A stretch of DNA of 28,584 bases from a virus. Its lineage: Duplodnaviria; Caudoviricetes. The stretch lies in IMG/VR virus record IMGVR_UViG_3300020045_002388, positions 1 through 28,584 of that record; one strand, given 5' to 3'. Shown here in pieces: positions 24,704-28,584 of this stretch. A program made the translations under genes and the position numbers. Under the pieces are notes generated by a model. The model had not been told where the DNA came from. It made no database searches and saw only the letters and a program-made list of their open reading frames with translations. Each line of letters starts with the position of its first letter. Position 1 is the first letter of the stretch.

Positions 24704-25306
24704 ATGAAATACTGCACTAAATGTAATCAAGACAAACCAATCACCGAGTTTAACAAAATTCCTAATACAAATAGGCATAGATCAGAGTGTAAATCGTGCA
24801 TTGCAATAATAAATAAAGAATATAGACGTAAGCCTGAGAATGTAATAAGAACATCATGGCATCATAATTGTTACCATGCAGAACAGCGTGGACATTCATT
24901 ACCAAGTTATAGCTATGATGAGTTATTGCTATGGGCGTTCTCACAAGATGTTTTTAATGCTCTTTATGATGCGTGGGTAGATAGTGGGTATAAAAGATTA
25001 TTAAAGCCTTCTGTTGATAGACTAGACGATAATAAATCATACTCACTAGATAATATACAAATCATTTCATTCGCAGATAACGAGGAAAAGTATCGTGCTG
25101 AGGTACGTGCTGGAACTAAAGGAAAGATGCTGTTAAATGGAGGCCATCAGAAGGTTAAACAATACACACTAGATGGTATATTAATAGCTGAGCATGTTTC
25201 ACAGTCACAAGCATCACGGGAAACAACTGTGAACCAAGCGTGTATAAGCGATTGTTGCCGAGGAATACAAAAAACTGCTGGTGGGTTTATATGGCAAACA
25301 GTGTAA
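24704..25306 (+). CDS. Free-standing HNH-like homing endonuclease with NUMOD1 domain
   Basis: N-terminal CxxC..CxxC; central PSVDRLD....Y..DNIQ.I...DN; C-terminal S..QA.R......IS.CC.G..KTAGGF.W. Confidence 0.7.
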   Translation: MKYCTKCNQDKPITEFNKIPNTNRHRSECKSCIAIINKEYRRKPENVIRTSWHHNCYHAEQRGHSLPSYSYDELLLWAFSQDVFNALYDAWVDSGYKRLLKPSVDRLDDNKSYSLDNIQIISFADNEEKYRAEVRAGTKGKMLLNGGHQKVKQYTLDGILIAEHVSQSQASRETTVNQACISDCCRGIQKTAGGFIWQTV

Positions 25307-26712
25307 AATCTTATAAAGCTTCAAAGACTGTACGAGAATTTATACTATCTAATCAGTTTGTAAGCCTTATAGTCGGTCCCATAGCAAGTGGTAAAAGCCT
25401 TGGAAGTATCATACGATGGCAGAAGTTAATATATGAGCAAGAACCATCAAAGGATGGCATTAGATATACTCGTACCGTAGTTGTAAGGAATACTTATAAT
25501 GAGCTTCGTGATACTACAATCAAGACGTTTCAGGGTTGGTTTGGCGATACAATGAAGTTTAACTGGGGCAATATGACTGCCTTGTTCCAGCATGGCGACG
25601 TACACGCAGAGATATTATTTAGATCATTAGATAAACCATCAGATATGTCTAAGCTCCTATCCCTTGAAATAACATACGCATACCTTAACGAATTACGAGA
25701 GTTACCACGTGAAGCATTAGAGAACGTCACGTCACGTTTAGGTCGTTACCCTGCTGTATCATCAGGAGTTGGTGCAACTAATCCATGCTGTTGGGCTGAT
25801 AGTAACGCTTGTGATAATGAACACTGGATGTATAAGAAGTTTCTCGATGCTAGACCTGATAATCACGCTTTATTTATTCAGCCACCAGCTATCCTAGAAG
25901 ATGGAGATGTAAACCCTGAGGCAGAGAACCTCGATAACTTACCATACGAATACTATCGAGGGTTTATTAAAGGCAAATCGCAAGACTGGATTGACGTAAT
26001 GATACGCTGTAAGTTCATACCGCTATCACATGGTAAACCAGTATACCCTGAATACAATGACAGATTCCATTGTGTAGAACATCATAAACTTGCACCACCT
26101 GATAAACTATTGCCACTCGTAATAGGTGGTGATAACGGTAGAACCTCAGCTATACTAATAGGTCAAGTTGATAAATTTGGGCGTTTAGTAGTATTTGATG
26201 AGTTAATATCAGATGATATTGGAAGTGCTGAGTTTGGTAATATTGTAGCGAATCACTTAAAGGCAAACTATGAAGGCTTTAAGCATGAGATATACTTAGA
26301 CCCTGCCGCAAACTCACGTACTCAACTTGATGATCGTACTCAGGTTATGGTATGGCGCAACGCTGGTCTATCAGTACGAACTGCATCTACAAATAAGCCT
26401 AGCGTAGTCATTGAAGCTGTGAAGAAGAAATTGAACACTATCATACAAGGCTTTCCTTCATTAGTAGTAAGCGATAAGTGTACGCATATGCGCAAGGCTC
26501 TAGCTGGGTCATATCAATACAAGCGTGTAAATGTCAGCGGTGAGCGTTACGCAGAAGCCCCTGATAAGAATAGCTATTCCCACGTAGCTGATGCTCTTGC
26601 TTATCTAGTCGATGGCATAGGAGGCACACGTGAGCTAGTATCATCATCTAAGTTTAAGGAAGCGTTCGATAATGGGTACAGTGCTAAAGCTAATGACTGG
26701 AGTGTGTTCTAA
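25291..26712 (+). CDS. terL: Terminase large subunit
   Basis: Walker A GPIASGKS, VVRNTY, Walker B AYLNE, nuclease GGDNG and SHVADAL.Y. Start moved to ATG 25291. Confidence 0.92.
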   Translation: MANSVKSYKASKTVREFILSNQFVSLIVGPIASGKSLGSIIRWQKLIYEQEPSKDGIRYTRTVVVRNTYNELRDTTIKTFQGWFGDTMKFNWGNMTALFQHGDVHAEILFRSLDKPSDMSKLLSLEITYAYLNELRELPREALENVTSRLGRYPAVSSGVGATNPCCWADSNACDNEHWMYKKFLDARPDNHALFIQPPAILEDGDVNPEAENLDNLPYEYYRGFIKGKSQDWIDVMIRCKFIPLSHGKPVYPEYNDRFHCVEHHKLAPPDKLLPLVIGGDNGRTSAILIGQVDKFGRLVVFDELISDDIGSAEFGNIVANHLKANYEGFKHEIYLDPAANSRTQLDDRTQVMVWRNAGLSVRTASTNKPSVVIEAVKKKLNTIIQGFPSLVVSDKCTHMRKALAGSYQYKRVNVSGERYAEAPDKNSYSHVADALAYLVDGIGGTRELVSSSKFKEAFDNGYSAKANDWSVF

Positions 26713-27104
26713 TGCTTAACGAGTGGTACTATGTAGTGTTCATGGGTGATAATAGTGGACTATATTCCAAGTTCGAGAAAAAAGGGTTTACGCATTGCTT
26801 CATCTTTTACCCTATCAATGAAAATCAATACGCAGTATTAGAACATGGTAAGATGTATGTTCAGTTTGGTACTGTGACATTGGAGCAGATAGAGGAACAC
26901 ATAGGAGATGGTATCATCATCAAGGTCAAGAGTAAAAGACAACCAAGAGCTAAGTGGTGGTGGTGGATACCAACGCCCGATACTTGTGTTACAATTGTGA
27001 AACAAGTTCTAGGGATTCATTTTCCGTTTATATGGAGTCCTTATCAGCTATACAAACATATTAAAAGGAGTCACAAATGGGTGGAAGTCCAACAAGAGCG
27101 TTAA
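26712..27104 (+). CDS. Hypothetical protein, possible permuted papain-like peptidase
   Basis: GFTHCF (His) precedes TCV..VK..LG (Cys) and SPYQLY. Confidence 0.5.
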   Translation: MLNEWYYVVFMGDNSGLYSKFEKKGFTHCFIFYPINENQYAVLEHGKMYVQFGTVTLEQIEEHIGDGIIIKVKSKRQPRAKWWWWIPTPDTCVTIVKQVLGIHFPFIWSPYQLYKHIKRSHKWVEVQQER

Positions 27105-27370
27105 AAGCGGTAGCCACTGGTGGAGTAAGTGAAGTTGTAAGGCCTTTTGAGAAAAGCGATACACTAAAAGCTATGACTGGGCGAGAAACAAGCGAAGAGA
27201 AAACAGCTAAAGCAGAGCAAAAAGCATCATTGGCCTCATCACAAGCAAGTGCAGCGGCAGACCTTGAAGAAAGACGTAAGCGTATGGAACTTAAAAAGCA
27301 AGGGCGTGGTAGTTTATTGACTGGCTCTGAAATTGGGGTAACACCTGCTACTACATCAACATTAGGATAA
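27077..27370 (+). CDS. Small virion-associated protein before the portal
   Basis: AAGGAG RBS; MGG start and RGSLLTG...TLG ending, typical of pre-portal proteins. Confidence 0.55.
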   Translation: MGGSPTRALKAVATGGVSEVVRPFEKSDTLKAMTGRETSEEKTAKAEQKASLASSQASAAADLEERRKRMELKKQGRGSLLTGSEIGVTPATTSTLG

Positions 27371-27373
27371 GCA

Positions 27374-27550
27374 ATGTTTAAAACTCAAAACTATACGACT
27401 ATTTGGTGCGAGAAGTGCCAAGATAAAACTATCATTGAGCCGGGTAAGTCATTCGATAAGCTCAACTGTAAATGCCAAGTAAAGGAAGAAGATGCAAGAG
27501 CTGAACCTAGAACAGATAATCAAGCGAAAAGAACACGCCAAAAACAATAA
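27374..27550 (+). CDS. 58-aa Zn-ribbon-like protein (not in ORF track)
   Basis: AGGA RBS; WCEKC...NCKC; overlaps the portal start. Confidence 0.5.
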   Translation: MFKTQNYTTIWCEKCQDKTIIEPGKSFDKLNCKCQVKEEDARAEPRTDNQAKRTRQKQ

Positions 27551-28584
27551 GGATATGTGGCGCAGTCACTTAAAGGACTGCTACAAGTATTCTATGCCTG
27601 AGCGTGAAACTATGGATATGTATTCACCGGGTCAAAAAAAGAACCATGAAGTGTTTGACTCCACAGCTATTATTGCATTACAGAAGTATGCTAACCGTAT
27701 GCAATCACAAGTTGTACCACCTTGGAAGCAATGGCTGGTTCTAAAAGCTGGTACAGATATCCCCGAGGAAGAACAAGAGAAGGCTAATGAGTATTTAGAG
27801 AAAGCCACTAAAATCATATTCGATAATATCAACCACTCTAACTTTGATACACAAATACATGAAGCATTCCTTGACCTTGGCGTATCTACTGGTGCTATCC
27901 TTGTAGAAGCTGGTGACGGCATTAAGACTTCATTAAAGTTTCGCTGTATCTCACTATCTGAGCTTATACCTGAGAAAACATCACAAGGCAAGATTGATAA
28001 TGTGTTCCGTGAGTTCAAGATGGCGCTACGTGATATTAAAGAGATATGGCCTATGGCTAAACTATCACAGAGCATGGAGAAAGACCTAGCGAAAGATGGT
28101 AGTGTAGAAGTTGAACTTGTAGAGTGCGTGTATGAGTTTGAAACAAAAAAGAAAGAGGATAAGTATCAGCATGTAATCTTCCATGAGAAAGAGAAGCATA
28201 TCTTATTCAGTGAAACGCTAGACTCTAATCCGTTTATCGTATTTCGAGAGAGTGTAATCCCTGGTGAAACTATTGGTCGTGGTCGTATTATGACTCTATT
28301 GCCTGACATTATGACGCTTAATAAGATTGTAGAGTTTAATCTACGTAATGCGGCACTATCTGTAAGTGGTATTTATACTGCAAGTGATGATGGTGTAATC
28401 AACCCATATACGCTACGATTACAGCCCGGTGCAATTATCCCAGTGGGAAGCAATGCAACTGATAACCCTACGCTTAGACCATTAGAGCGTAGTGGTGACT
28501 TTAATATGGCACAGCTTATTATCCAAGAGTACCGTGAGCTTATCAATAATGTTATGTTTGCTCAACCATTTGGACAACTAAGCG
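27492..28584 (+). CDS. Portal / head-to-tail connector (3' truncated)
   Basis: ATG 27492 after AAGGA; W.......Y.MP.R...VFDSTA...A.R.....PP...W signature of T7-like connectors; no stop before the window end. Confidence 0.9.
   Translation, partial: MQELNLEQIIKRKEHAKNNKDMWRSHLKDCYKYSMPERETMDMYSPGQKKNHEVFDSTAIIALQKYANRMQSQVVPPWKQWLVLKAGTDIPEEEQEKANEYLEKATKIIFDNINHSNFDTQIHEAFLDLGVSTGAILVEAGDGIKTSLKFRCISLSELIPEKTSQGKIDNVFREFKMALRDIKEIWPMAKLSQSMEKDLAKDGSVEVELVECVYEFETKKKEDKYQHVIFHEKEKHILFSETLDSNPFIVFRESVIPGETIGRGRIMTLLPDIMTLNKIVEFNLRNAALSVSGIYTASDDGVINPYTLRLQPGAIIPVGSNATDNPTLRPLERSGDFNMAQLIIQEYRELINNVMFAQPFGQLS

Noticed and set aside
24613-25306. Group I intron or intein in the terminase genes
   Set aside because: terS has its own stop and terL starts intact with Walker A. 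The ~90-nt gap is too short for an intron core, so the endonuclease is free-standing.
376-28075. Minus-strand ORFs in the track (e.g. 1462-1812, 3677-4108, 7255-7698, 11137-11661, 27632-28075)
   Set aside because: They lie largely or wholly opposite well-supported + strand genes and show no recognisable motifs; treated as shadow ORFs.
1-28584. Alternative genetic code
   Set aside because: Long genes are intact and tile tightly, and TAA, TAG and TGA are all used as stops.

Overview
This window is most of a podovirus-type phage genome, with every credible gene on the + strand. Gene order: end of a tail tubular/nozzle gene, internal virion (ejection) proteins, a T7 gp17-type tail fibre, a lysis cassette with an NlpC/P60 endolysin, a ~370-bp structured non-coding region, then a lambdoid-style replication/recombination block (initiator with internal iteron-like repeats, C5 methyltransferase, deaminase, Sak, Gp157, SSB, VRR-NUC, many small ORFs), terS, a free-standing HNH/NUMOD1 endonuclease, terL and a portal gene running off the end. 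I recognise no integrase, CI repressor, DNA polymerase or RNA polymerase. Repeated TTAAG-N11-TAnnnT promoters hint at a Campylobacterota-type host (inference). The most interesting signal is RNA-level control. A predicted small RNA (~10633-10702) displays a loop complementary to the Shine-Dalgarno plus start codon of the first gene behind each of four related early promoters. Two long hairpin-plus-downstream-target switches precede the two endonuclease-like genes. An ejection protein also carries a C-terminal ADP-ribosyltransferase-like domain. All family calls come from reading motifs by eye; no searches were run.
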